DNA of 64,000 nt from Octopus bimaculoides (lineage: Eukaryota). The notes below the pieces were generated by a model. It had not been told where the DNA came from and did no database searches. It worked only from the letters and a program-made list of their open reading frames with translations. The position numbers and the translations under genes were made by a program. Below, piece by piece: positions 1 through 11,830 of the stretch. The stretch spans positions 22,172,363-22,236,362 of the forward strand of contig NC_068983.1 of assembly GCF_001194135.2 (NCBI RefSeq). The letters run 5' to 3'. Within the stretch, counting starts at the first letter, position 1; each line of letters starts with the position of its first letter.

Positions 1-110
1 TGAAGGTTGATGGTTGGGGGGTGAGGGTTGATGGTTGGGGTGTGAGGGTTGATGGTTGGGGTGTGAGGGTTGATGGTTGGGGTGTGAGGGTCGATGGTTG
101 AAGTGTGAGA
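1..110. repeat. G-rich 21-bp minisatellite, about 5 copies
   Basis: Unit GTGAGGGTTGATGGTTGGGGT repeats with few substitutions from the window start; it may extend upstream. Confidence 0.85.
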
Positions 111-170
111 AGTTAGGGTGAGGGTCAGGATAGATGATTGGACTGTGTGTGTGCGTATATATGTGTGTCA

Positions 171-400
171 TTTCTTTACTGCCCACAAGGCGCTACACAC
201 AGAGGGGACAAACAAGGACAGACAAACGTATTAAGTCGATTATATTGGCCCCAGTGCGTAGCTGGTACTTATTTAATCAACCCTTAAAGAATGAAAGGCA
301 AAATCAACCTCAGCGGAATTTGAACTCAGAACGTAGCAGCAGACGAAATACCGCTAAGCATTTCGCCCGGCGTGCTAACGTTTCTGCCAGTTCGCTCGCC
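171..400 (-). mobile_element. tRNA-headed SINE, family B, full-length and CpG-retaining
   Basis: Minus strand starts GGCGAGCGAACTGGCAGAAACGTTAGC (A-box-like), contains GAGTTCAAATTCC (B box) and ends GTGGGCAGTAAAGAAA; more than 10 related copies occur in the window. Confidence 0.8.
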
Positions 401-562
401 TTTGTGTATATGTGTATAGATGTGTGTGTGAATGTTAGTTCTTGCTAAGTTGTGGCACCTGCTGAAATGGTACTTGTTGAGTTTTTACTTGTTGGGTTGC
501 AGTGTTCTCGTTAGCAAGTTGGTACAGAAACAATTCCTGTTATTTAAATTACTAAAGAAGGG

Positions 563-603
<41 letters not shown>

Positions 604-1982
604 GTAGGCCCTCACAGACTGTTGTGATGATAGGCAGCCCAAAACATTTTTGTAGGAAAACCTTCAGCAAGGNNNNNNNNNNNNNNNNNNNNNNNNNNNN
701 NNNNNNNNNNNNNNNNNNNNNNNNNNNNNNNNNNNNNNNNNNNNNNNNNNNNNNNNNNNNNNNNNNNNNNNNNNNNNNNNNNNNNNNNNNNNNNNNNNNN
801 NNNNNNNNNNNNNNNNNNNNNNNNNNNNNNNNNNNNNNNNNNNNNNNNNNNNNNNNNNNNNNNNNNNNNNNNNNNNNNNNNNNNNNNNNNNNNNNNNNNN
901 NNNNNNNNNNNNNNNNNNNNNNNNNNNNNNNNNNNNNNNNNNNNNNNNNNNNNNNNNNNNNNNNNNNNNNNNNNNNNNNNNNNNNNNNNNNNNNNNNNNN
1001 NNNNNNNNNNNNNNNNNNNNNNNNNNNNNNNNNNNNNNNNNNNNNNNNNNNNNNNNNNNNNNNNNNNNNNNNNNNNNNNNNNNNNNNNNNNNNNNNNNNN
1101 NNNNNNNNNNNNNNNNNNNNNNNNNNNNNNNNNNNNNNNNNNNNNNNNNNNNNNNNNNNNNNNNNNNNNNNNNNNNNNNNNNNNNNNNNNNNNNNNNNNN
1201 NNNNNNNNNNNNNNNNNNNNNNNNNNNNNNNNNNNNNNNNNNNNNNNNNNNNNNNNNNNNNNNNNNNNNNNNNNNNNNNNNNNNNNNNNNNNNNNNNNNN
1301 NNNNNNNNNNNNNNNNNNNNNNNNNNNNNNNNNNNNNNNNNNNNNNNNNNNNNNNNNNNNNNNNNNNNNNNNNNNNNNNNNNNNNNNNNNNNNNNNNNNN
1401 NNNNNNNNNNNNNNNNNNNNNNNNNNNNNNNNNNNNNNNNNNNNNNNNNNNNNNNNNNNNNNNNNNNNNNNNNNNNNNNNNNNNNNNNNNNNNNNNNNNN
1501 NNNNNNNNNNNNNNNNNNNNNNNNNNNNNNNNNNNNNNNNNNNNNNNNNNNNNNNNNNNNNNNNNNNNNNNNNNNNNNNNNNNNNNNNNNNNNNNNNNNN
1601 NNNNACTTTCCAGACTATTGACTACAGATGTTGTCAGCATGTCTTGTCTTTAATAGTTTCTGTTATAGATTTATTACGAACTCTCAGTTACCATGACCTT
1701 GTGGTTTATTACTAAAGGACCAAGAGAACACATGCTATGAATAAAATATGTATGGGTAGCGAATCAGCAAATTCATTAAGTGCTGGATGGATTGCTTCGC
1801 AGTATTAGTTCCGGCTCTCTACATCCTAAGTCCAAATCCTGTCACTGTCAACTTTGTTTTTTTATCATTTAGGAATCAATAAATAAAACACCGATCTTAG
1901 AGAGAGACAGATAGAGAGCATGAGAGAGGGGGAGGTTTTCCATTCAATAAAAACTGTCATTAACTGAGCATAAAGGCTCATA

Positions 1983-2013
<31 letters not shown>

Positions 2014-3435
2014 ATGTATACAAAATATTGACATTGACTTCAAAGTTTCACTAAAACAGGTTTCTCAATCATTTACAAATCAATAAATGAAATACCAATC
2101 CAGAGACAGAAAGACAGATGTTTTTCATTGGATAAAAACAACCACCATTAACTAAGCATAGGGACTCATTACATAATTAATATATATATATATATATATA
2201 TATATAGCAATAAGAAAATGGAGGGGAATATGTGGTATTCATCAACTTGCAGACATTGTATTATGTCAATTTACCTGTATATTTTTCAACTAAGAGGACA
2301 ATAAAACAATATACAAACACATGTGACATATTATATCATATCAGTAATTAAAAAGGACATCTAGTGACCGAAGATGGGACAATGTCTTACAGCTGTTTCA
2401 GTTTATCTATATAACTCCATTAAGCTGAAGTAATTGATAGATGAAATCAGACTACCCATGACCCATTAGGTCACCAAAAAAGTCTGAGTTTCCCGGCAAT
2501 GGAGTTTTGTTTTGTGGGGTTTTTTCTTCTTTTCTTTTCCAACTTATTTCACATGCTTTCAATGTGACAATGTGGCATCGAAATCACGCAAAATGGCTCC
2601 TTTCACTAGAAAAGGAAAGATTTGGCTGCTATTTCTTGCACACCCTACTACCATGTAACAGGTATTTCGGGTCCTTTATCGCAAGTAGCTGTTACATGGT
2701 AGCAGGACATGCTAAAAATAGCAACCAAATCTTTGGAGGTGAGATAGGTTGAATGCACCCAGAAAAAAACCTATCGGAAAAAAATTGTTTCACACCAAGG
2801 TTACAAACAGGTCTTTTACAAAATATTCACCATATTTTTAAAGTCATTTTCACTTTAAAATAATTTAAAATATTGTCTGTTTAAAGAAAGCTAAAATATA
2901 AATATTTATTGTACAAACAACTTACATTTTTGAAATCACATTCACTTAAAAATATTTCTAAATGATTAAAATATTGTTTTTGAAAATAGAAACATTTACT
3001 GTAAAAAACAAAAATCGTATTTTTTCTTTGCCAAGTCATTGTGCCTAATCGAAAGGTAAGAATTTCTTCACTTTCAGGATTAAGCTATTTCCGGAATATT
3101 TTCCCTTTATGCACCGTTTTGTATATTTATACCCAAAAAATCCCAACTATCTTCATAACCATTTGTCCGATTTATACAAAATTTGCTTTATTCTGTTCAT
3201 ATTAACATTTTACATTTCAAGGGCAACTGGGTAACATTNNNNNNNNNNNNNNNNNNNNNNNNNNNNNNNNNNNNNNNNNNNNNNNNNNNNNNNNNNNNNN
3301 NNNNNNNNNNNNNNNNNNNNNNNNNNNNNNNNNNNNNNNNNNNNNNNNNNNNNNNNNNNNNNNNNNNNNNNNNNNNNNNNNNNNNNNNNNNNNNNNNNNN
3401 NNNNNNNNNNNNNNNNNNNNNNNNNNNNNNNNNNN

Positions 3436-3613
3436 TACTTGTTTCAGTCATTTGACTGCAGCCATGCTGGAGCACCGCCTTTAGTCAAGCAATTCGACCC
3501 CAGGACTTATTCTTTGTAAGCCTAGTACTTATTCTATCGGTCTCTTTTTGCCGAACCGCTAAGTTACGGGGACATAAACACACCAACATCGGCTGTCAAG
3601 TGATGTTGGCAAA

Positions 3614-3664
<51 letters not shown>

Positions 3665-3831
3665 TATACGACGGGCTTCTTTCAGTGTCCGTCTACCAAA
3701 TCCACTCACAAGGCTTTGGTCGGCCCGAGGCTATAGTAGAAAACACTTGTCCAGAGTGTCATGCAATAGGACTGAACCAGAAACCATGTGGTTGGGAAGC
3801 AAGCTTCTTACCACACAGCCACTCCTGCACC
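3436..3831 (-). mobile_element. tRNA-headed SINE, family A, with internal CA/TA microsatellite
   Basis: Head GGTGCAGGAGTGGCTGTGTGG...GGTTCAGTCC, internal microsatellite and 3' part ending CAGTCAAATGACTGAAACAAGTA; matches copies at 13085 and 44601. Confidence 0.85.
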
Positions 3832-4253
3832 TATTAATTGAAAAAAAGTCCAGCTAAACAGTGATTTGTGCGAAGTTGCAGAATGAAATACTGGCCTCAA
3901 AAACACGTAAGAGACAGCATCAGGAAAAGTATTTGTCTGTAAAATACAGCAATAACAAACACCATTCCACCCATGCCAGCATGGTTAAAGAATGAACATA
4001 AAAACATAAAAGCAATGATGATGAATGATCGGTTACTTATATACATAAATCTGGTCTTTGTTCAAAGGGTTATGTTTTTTTTATTGGTCTTTGAAGTACT
4101 TACGTTTATTAAGTCCTTTCATAGACATCAAGGTATATGCCACATCATGGATGTCAGAATCTGTAAAACATAAATAATAAAAGTAAAACGACAGTGATAA
4201 TATTAACAAAATAACTACAAATTTACTTATACTATTACTACTACTACTACTAC

Positions 4254-4288
<35 letters not shown>

Positions 4289-4290
<2 letters not shown>

Positions 4291-4500
4291 CCTCTCTACT
4301 ATAGGCACAAGGCCTGAAATTTTGGGGGAGGGAACTAGCTGATTGCATCAACCTGTGTTTCACTGGTACTTAATTTATTGACCCCAAAAGGACGAAAGGC
4401 AAAGTTGACAACGGCAGAATTTGCACTCAGAACATAGCGATGGATGAAATACCACTAAGCATTTTGTCCAGCATGCTAACAATTCTGCCAGCTCACCGCC

Positions 4501-4577
<77 letters not shown>

Positions 4578-4941
4578 CCTTTCTACTATCAGCACAGGGC
4601 CTGGATTTTGTGGGGAGGGGGACTATTGATTACATCAACCCATGTTTCGCTGGTACTTAATTTATCAACCCCAAAAGGATGAAACGTAAAGTCGACACTA
4701 GCAGAATTTCAACTCAGAATATAGCAGCAGACGAAATACCACTAAGCATTTTGTCCAGCGTGCTGACGATTTGGCCGGCTCATCACCTTAATAATAATAA
4801 TAATCTCAACTGGTGTTTGTTTTCATCAGCCCTGAAAGGATGAACAGCTGAGTTGGACTTCAGCAGAATCTGAACTCAGACACGAAGATGGACAAAATGC
4901 ATTTTGTCTCGCAAGCTGATAATTCTGCCAGCCGTTGTCTT
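4289..4941 (-). mobile_element. Head-to-tail array of three family B SINEs separated by (TAA)n
   Basis: Copies at about 4289-4501, 4576-4789 and 4804-4941 (truncated), each bounded by (AAT)n or (TTA)n tracts. Confidence 0.8.
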
Positions 4942-5899
4942 CATATTATTATTATTATCATTATTAAGTTGCAAAACTGGAAGCGTGGATGGTACCACTC
5001 TCAGTGTAGACCTGTAAGTTGGAAGAAAGAAAGTGCAGTGGGTTCTCATCCTTGGTACCCGGGGTGATTTCGGATGGTAGGGTTCCTTGATTATCCCTAG
5101 AGATCCTCTTGGATCAGGGGGAACCCATTACAATCACTTCTTTCTTTTTTCCCCCCTCTTTTTCTAGTTTCATATAAAACCCATGCACACACGCACACAT
5201 TGGGCTTCTTTCAGTCTACCAAACTCACTCACATGGCTTTGGTTGGTCCAGGGCCATAATAATAGAAGACACTTGCCCAAGGCATCACACAGTGGGACTG
5301 AACCTGAAACCATATGGTTGGGAAGTAAACTTCTTAACCACACTACTATGCCAGTACCAAGCAATCTACATCACTCTGATTTTACCTAATTATCGTTAAG
5401 AACACACACATTTATGGACTACTCAACTTCTTGCATGCTAATTCAATGAGCATGTAGTTCATTTGATCAAACAGCTGAATACACATCAGTGAAACCGACA
5501 AAGATTCATTTACTTCATTACTATCTTCATATGGAATTTCAGTAAACTTAAAGCATGATTCTATCACTACCTTTCTCTGTATCTCCAAAATGTATCACAT
5601 ACAGATAGAGAGAGATCAAGAACTAACTAAGTATATTTTATAATGATATTCGTGCAGGCACAAACGTTTAAATTGTTTATTTGATTGAACAGTAGATTGG
5701 TTTCAGTAATGAGATATTTAGTTTTTCATTTTGCTGTGTGTGCACGTGCGTGCATGCATGTGTGTGTGTGTGTGTGTGTGTTTTTAATTTCATTTTTCCT
5801 TTCTAAATATTAAATTTATAATTAACTTTTGTTCAGCCCTATATCAGCCCTGATTAAAAGTATTCCTGTTTTGGCCAGCCTCTCTTTTTATGTATATAT

Positions 5900-6125
5900 C
5901 TAGAACTTGAAGCCTGGGATCGCACCAAGTGGTGGCATTCCACCATCATCAGAACCAAAATCTTAGAAGCCACCAGTAGAGAAATGGAAGAAATCAAATG
6001 ACAGGGAAGAGAGACTTGACAAAATCAACCTCATCCTCCACCAGCATTACCACGCAGTGAATGCCATCAACTCTACTATGCAAGAATTGGTCTACAGAGT
6101 CATCAATGCCATCACCATAAAGGAA
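5900..6125 (+). mobile_element. Degenerate RTE-type LINE ORF C-terminal remnant
   Basis: Broken frames give AWDRTKWW and RSECHQLYYARIGLQSHQ, resembling the DR..W and C..C...RIGL.SH C-terminal motifs of RTE/BovB-like ORFs. Confidence 0.35.
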
Positions 6126-7352
6126 AGCATTCAGCAAAAAAGCTAAATCCTCAGATACAAGATAAATCCAACAATGATGAGAACTACACAATTCAATGCA
6201 GTCTCCTTGTTGTAAGAGAGTGTGGTAGATGTGATGGGAAGGAAAAATTGCTTGCTATTTTTATCAGGTTATGAAACAACTTAGAGACACCCTCAATTTA
6301 TTAGCTTAGTTGCAAATAAATCTCCAGTGATGCCTCTACTAGCTGACTACTAATGAGACTCACTTTCATCATTTCATATTCACTAAAATTCAATCAAATC
6401 TACACATATGTTATTTACACAACTCTACCACTACTTTCCTTTCATCATTCTTTATACATTACTATTCAACTGTTTCTTAATTCAGTATCTTCACTCATGT
6501 ATCGTATTCCTTTCAATTTAGTCAGCATCTAAAACTCTCTCATTCATTCACTCACTCACTCACCCAGTTATAATAATGCATGATAGTTAGACTCACCTGT
6601 ATCACAGCCAGACTGAGCTAACCTTTTGCTTAAAAATGGGAAGAGATCTGGAAGAAACAAAAAGATATTTTTTCAAATTTAAAAACTTAAACGGATTTAT
6701 TTACACGTCAATATCATTGCCATTATCAATCAACATCATTTTTACCACAACCATTCTAAGAATACTTTCATTACCATTTCATCATCATTGATTTTACATC
6801 CATTATTTCTACTAACAAAGGTTGGCCTAGCTTGCAGTACAGTAGTGTTTTACACATCCTCACTAAATGTTTGCAGCACAATTACTATGACAACACTGCT
6901 CTTTCAATGCAGTTCAATTCTTTTCTTTCTTAGTGACGTTAATGCTTCAAAATGTGTTGGAATTTCACACCTAGACATCCTCTATATCAACTTCTCCAAT
7001 GGCACAGACAGATGCATTTATGAAGGACACCAGTGCTGAAGAAATTACTTTCCTGTTCCAGAACGTTCTCACTTCCTTTTCTCTCTCTTTTAATTGTTCA
7101 TTCTCAATAAATCCAAAAGGAATTTATGATAAATGTTAGTTTTACATGAGTCCATCTCTACATCAGTGGTCCTCAACTGGGCTTCCAAAAGACCCTTGAT
7201 TGTCCTTTATGTGTAATGAGTTGCTTACACAAAATATTTTAATTACTAAGACAATTTCTAATAATATTTAATTATAAAAATACAGTAGGGTCTTTTTTTT
7301 ATATACATATAGAGTGACTATACACTTGCACACATATACAATACACTCATAA

Positions 7353-7661
7353 AGAGCCCCTTCGGTCATGATTGCACCTAGAAAGTTCCCTTCTGAGACA
7401 AGTCTGTGCAAGGTTGTTTATGGAAGACCAGCAGTTACACATGCATACCAGCCTCCCCACCCCACGCCACCGGTGTTATCCAAGGGTAAGTTAAAATCTG
7501 ATATGGCTTGGCACCAGGGACATCACTACTTATTTCTACAGCTGAGTGAACTAGAGCAACATGAAGTAAAGCATCTTGCTCAAGAACACAACACAGCCCA
7601 GTCCAGGAATCGAACTCACTGCCTCCTGATTGTGACCCCAATGCTCTAACCACTGAGCCAT
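7353..7661 (-). mobile_element. tRNA-headed SINE, family C
   Basis: Minus head TGGCTCAGTGGTTAGAGC...GAGTTCGATTCC (A and B boxes), then GTGTTCTTGAGCAAGATGCTTTACTTC...CACTCAGCTGTAGAAAT; second copy at 41111-41423. Confidence 0.8.
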
Positions 7662-7689
7662 ACATACAAATACACATAAAGCAATTACA

Positions 7690-7940
7690 ACATGGAAGAG
7701 ACCTGTATGAGCCATTCAAAAACACACAAAAACTTGTCTTCACTGAAACATTTATTATTTGGTGTCAAAATTTTCATTGTGCTTAACTGCATCCCCGACG
7801 CAAACCAGTTGTAATGGAACTGAGCCAATGGCTAGGACACAGCTGTTGTGATGAAAACTTTGGCACTAAATAATAAACATTTAATTAACATTAACAGTTT
7901 TTGTGTGCTTTTGAATGGATAACAATGTTTTCCATGCTTT
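7690..7940. mobile_element. Inverted-repeat (MITE-like) element
   Basis: CCATTCAAAAACACACAAAAACT (7712-7734) pairs with about 7896-7918; TTTATTATTTGGTGTCAAAATTTTCAT (7751-7777) pairs with about 7851-7877. Confidence 0.65.
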
Positions 7941-7992
7941 AGTTCCAACACACGATTTCAGATGAACTCACTTGCTAAACAGGTACATCTTT

Positions 7993-8064
<72 letters not shown>

Positions 8065-8082
8065 ACACATACATGCACAACC

Positions 8083-8443
8083 ATCCAAATTGAGGGAATG
8101 GTGTAGGTAAAATCCAGATTACATATGTTTCCTAGCTAGCAGATCTTCTGATGTAGTAATTACTTCAACAAGGGGTGCTCAGCTATCTGCTCATTGAGCT
8201 AAAGATACCTTAATTATATGAAGATTACATTGTCGTTAAGGAATCCCAAATTAAAATCATATCTTCAGTAAGTTAACTTGGGATTTCTTAATGACAATGT
8301 AATCTTCGTATAATTAAGGTGTCTTCTGCCTGATGAGTAGGTAGCCGTGGACCCTTCATTAAGTAACTATTACATCAGAGTATTTGCTGGCTAGGAAACA
8401 TATGTAGCCTGGATTTTACCTGCTCCACTACCTTGATTTGCAT
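8083..8443. mobile_element. Fold-back palindromic element with ~170-bp arms
   Basis: Arms 8083-8254 and 8273-8443 are reverse complements with mostly transition differences; 18-nt spacer. Confidence 0.85.
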
Positions 8444-10059
8444 TAAGATTTTTTTTTAAATTTTATTTTAAACATTTTAAAACAGACAGGTCTCTTATCA
8501 TAAAATAGAGATTGGTATTGCCAGGGTTAAAGAAAACCATCAAAGTGCAAACAATTTTTCCATTAACTCTAATTAGATTAAGATTAATCTCTTCTTTGTA
8601 AACTGATCTTAATCTTTTGTTTAATTAATGGAGTCATCATCATCATCATCATCGTTGATGATGATGATGATGATGATGACCCCATTAATTAAAATGTTTT
8701 AATGTTGTTAAAAATAGACATAGCAAAGCATAGTAATGTGGTTAAGAAGTGTACTTGGAAATTGACATACTTCTAAGTTGGATCATACTGTATGAAACTT
8801 GAGCAACAGTTTTCTATAGCTTCAGTACACATCAAGCTTCCCCAGTGAAATTGAGTTGTGGTGAAACCAATGCTAGATTCTACCATTCTTGAAGGGTAGC
8901 ACTTAATCTTTCACTTGGCATAACACTAATGGTCCTTATTTGACTATATATATATAGCAGAGTCCACTTTGTTGCCAGCATCTAATCCTGATCTCTAGCC
9001 TATTGATGGATGTGTTGCTTGCTACTACAGTGACCCATAACTTACAGAGTCTTTCTCCTTTTCTCAGAGATGAATGAAATAAATAATTCCTTACTTGAAC
9101 AATAAGGATATCCAGCTGTAAAACAATTGTGTCAATAATGTGTACTCATCTAACCCATGCTAACATATGGAGAAGAAGAAAAAATGGATGCAAAACAAAT
9201 GAAGGAAATATAAACATTGATCTTTTTATGCATGCATGAGTGTGGTGGTTTATTTGTTAGTGTAACTGATCTTACAGCTGGATGCCTTCACTGCTGCAAA
9301 CAACTCAACTGTCAAATAAGACCTCCTCACTCTTTTTACCTGGTGTGTGTGCATGTGAAGTAGTAAGTCAAGCGAAGACAAGACAAAGACAGTTAAGTGC
9401 CTTGCTCTCAGATCCAACACAATGAACATATCAAGTCCTAAACTTGTGACAATGTGGCTAATAGTCCAGCACCTTCAAAACTGCTGCACATCACAATCTA
9501 AAAGACAAATTATTTCTCTCATAACTGTTATTATGATATAGTAAAATCCATCTGCCTGTCTGTGACATAACTTCAGGCTTGGTTTACAATCCTCACTCTC
9601 TCTTTCGTTCTCTCCCCATGCAATGAATACACTCAGACACACAAACATATTTATATATATATATATATATCAACAAAATTGCTTAAGACATTAAGCTATC
9701 ATTTGTGAAAATAAAAAAATTTCTTTTTTTAAAAAGAGTAATGGAAAGAAAAACTAAAGAATATTCATTTTCCTATGTTAAATTTGAATATGTTACTTTC
9801 TTTACAATACAACTAACGTTTACATATGGTCGGTTGTATGATGTTCTCAGTAGAGCTGGAGGGGGGGAATCCATCAGAGAAAAAGATCTTTGCTGGTCAA
9901 AGTCAGTTTACCCATACCAAGGGGATCTCACAGGCATCCCAATCCTGAAAATGTTAAATTCACTAAAAATATTGTATACACAGACATCAACTGTCAAAAT
10001 TTCCTGTCTGTTGTTTGTTGTATACAGTGCTGTATATAGATATTTATATACATTTGAAA

Positions 10060-10365
10060 GAATCTATTTCTGCATGCTGTTAGTGTTTACTACCCCCAGT
10101 GCACTTGCAGCATATGAAATCTACCTTCTCTGTTAGCCTGTCTTTGATCTCACTACATTTTTTGCATCATCACCATCATTGTTTAATGTCTGCCTTCCAT
10201 GCTGGCAAGGGTTGGACAGTACGACATGAAACAGGCCAGCTGAGAACTGTCCAGACCCTAATTGTCTGTTGTTGCATGGTTTCTATGGCTGGATACCATT
10301 CCATTCCTAACACCAACCACTTAACAGAGTGCGCCAGGTGCTTTTTACATGCCACCAGCATGGAG
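10060..10365 (-). mobile_element. RTE LINE fragments: Cys-rich ORF piece next to a 3' end with (ATG)n tail
   Basis: 10060-10165 translates KKCSEIKDRLTEKVDFICCKCTG; 10166-10365 matches the RTE 3' UTR and tail seen at 20730-20915. Confidence 0.7.
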
Positions 10366-11039
10366 ATCTATGTCCATAGAATTATACATGTTCACCTTAC
10401 GAAATTCCCTGTTGGTTGTTTTTTGTATATAATATATATTTTTATCTATTGAAGGTTTCTTTTATTTCAATATTGCTTTCCCATCTTTTACTTAATCTTT
10501 TGTTGAATATATATATATCTATATTTCAATGAAACAAAGTATCACTTATTCTGGGCATAAAACAATACGTCATGCACTAGTTAAAATAGAAAGAACTTGC
10601 ACACTTACGAGAAAGTGAAAGGCTGTTAGGGCTAAATTTGGGGGCCAGTGGCACAGGTTTCACATTGCTGCAATGAGAAAAATTAAAACAATGTTAGTTA
10701 TAAAAGCATAAAAAAAAATAACCGACAAAAAGGAAAAAGTGTTAATTATTACTTCTAATATAGACATGAAAGGGAGGGAATAATTAATAAGAATGACAAC
10801 AATCCTTCCCCCGGACTGTCACTAGTACTTATTTTATTGACTGCAGAAGGATGAAAGTTAATGTTCCCTGACTGAGACCATATTTGAACCCAGAATGTGA
10901 AGAAATACACAGAATTAAATCTTGCAAGCATTTTGTCAAAAAAACAACAATAATCATTTGTAATGCATTTACAAGGCCTACAATTTTGAGAGAAAGGGTT
11001 GGCCAATTAAGTTGATGACAGTAAGTAACTACAGTTGCT

Positions 11040-11830
11040 TTAATTAGGGTCTTCAACACTCAATGTCCATGTCACACTGCCATGCAGGAATGCACTTTGC
11101 ACACAAACACATACAACCTACACTTGACCTTGAGGGATAAGCCCTTTCCTGCCAGCAGAAGTAATAGTGCTCTGAACATTGACTAGGCCATTCTTATTCA
11201 AGTTACCACATTTTTAGAATAATCACCTCCACTGCTAATTTGGTTAACCAAGGAGCAAGATCTATCAACTACTACTAGGGAGCTGTCTGGGTATTTCAGA
11301 AACTCTATTATTGCATACTCTTAGTGTTTACTACCCCAGTGCACCTGTTGCATATGAGCCTACCTTTTTTGTAAGCTTACCTTTGACCCCTCTACATCTT
11401 TTGTACGTTCATTTGACTACACAGGTACACCATGCAGAATTTCTACCTGCTCCTTTACTGATGGAAAAGCTTGGCCATTTCCCTGATGTTATAAGTGTTC
11501 TGTCATTCTTCCTATTTACAAAAACTGTCGTTTTCACTAAGTTTATTTTAAGGCCCTTCAATTCCAGATTTTGCGCTTCCCTATCTGAAATTTCAGTTTC
11601 AAACTTCAGAATTTGCTACAAGAGCTAAGTGTAGAGTATACAAAAGTTCCCAAGGGGAACCAATTTTAAATCATTTTATAATGCTTGAAGGATTATAACT
11701 AAGGGGGCTGAGAACTGGGTCCTGATGTCCCCTCACCTGCACACTAAATTCATTGTTGAACACTCTTTCATACATAGCTTGTATGGCCTTCACAAGCCAT
11801 TCACCTATTTCTAGCAACCAGTAAATCGAT
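11040..11830 (-). mobile_element. Degenerate RTE-clade reverse transcriptase fragment
   Basis: Frameshifted translation gives GEWLVKAIQAMY, HQDPVLSPL, VIILQAL, FKIGSPWELLY(TLH)LALVA (decayed YADD), NLELKGLKINLVKT and SGKWP, in RTE RT order. Confidence 0.8.

Noticed and set aside
113-118. TTAGGG telomere-like hexamer
   Set aside because: Single copy, no array.
432-1715. Long ORFs spanning N runs (also about 3183, 20282, 22503, 24184, 38709, 39942, 45598 and 47264)
   Set aside because: Their length comes from unknown bases translated as X; they are not evidence of coding sequence.
5925-5952. CUGAUGA followed by a perfect UGGUGG/CCACCA stem (minus strand)
   Set aside because: No GAAA or stem III after the stem, so not a hammerhead.
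8330-8406. CUGAUGA...GAAACAUAUGUA inside the 360-bp palindrome
   Set aside because: Stem II cannot close adjacent to both core strands and stem I has only 2 bp; at most a remote relic.
9908-9944. Minus acceptor followed by IGMPVRSPWYG*; similar lone exon-like pieces near 18.8 kb, 14.3 kb and 57.2 kb
   Set aside because: Short, with no recognised homology or chain of compatible exons; expected by chance in 64 kb.
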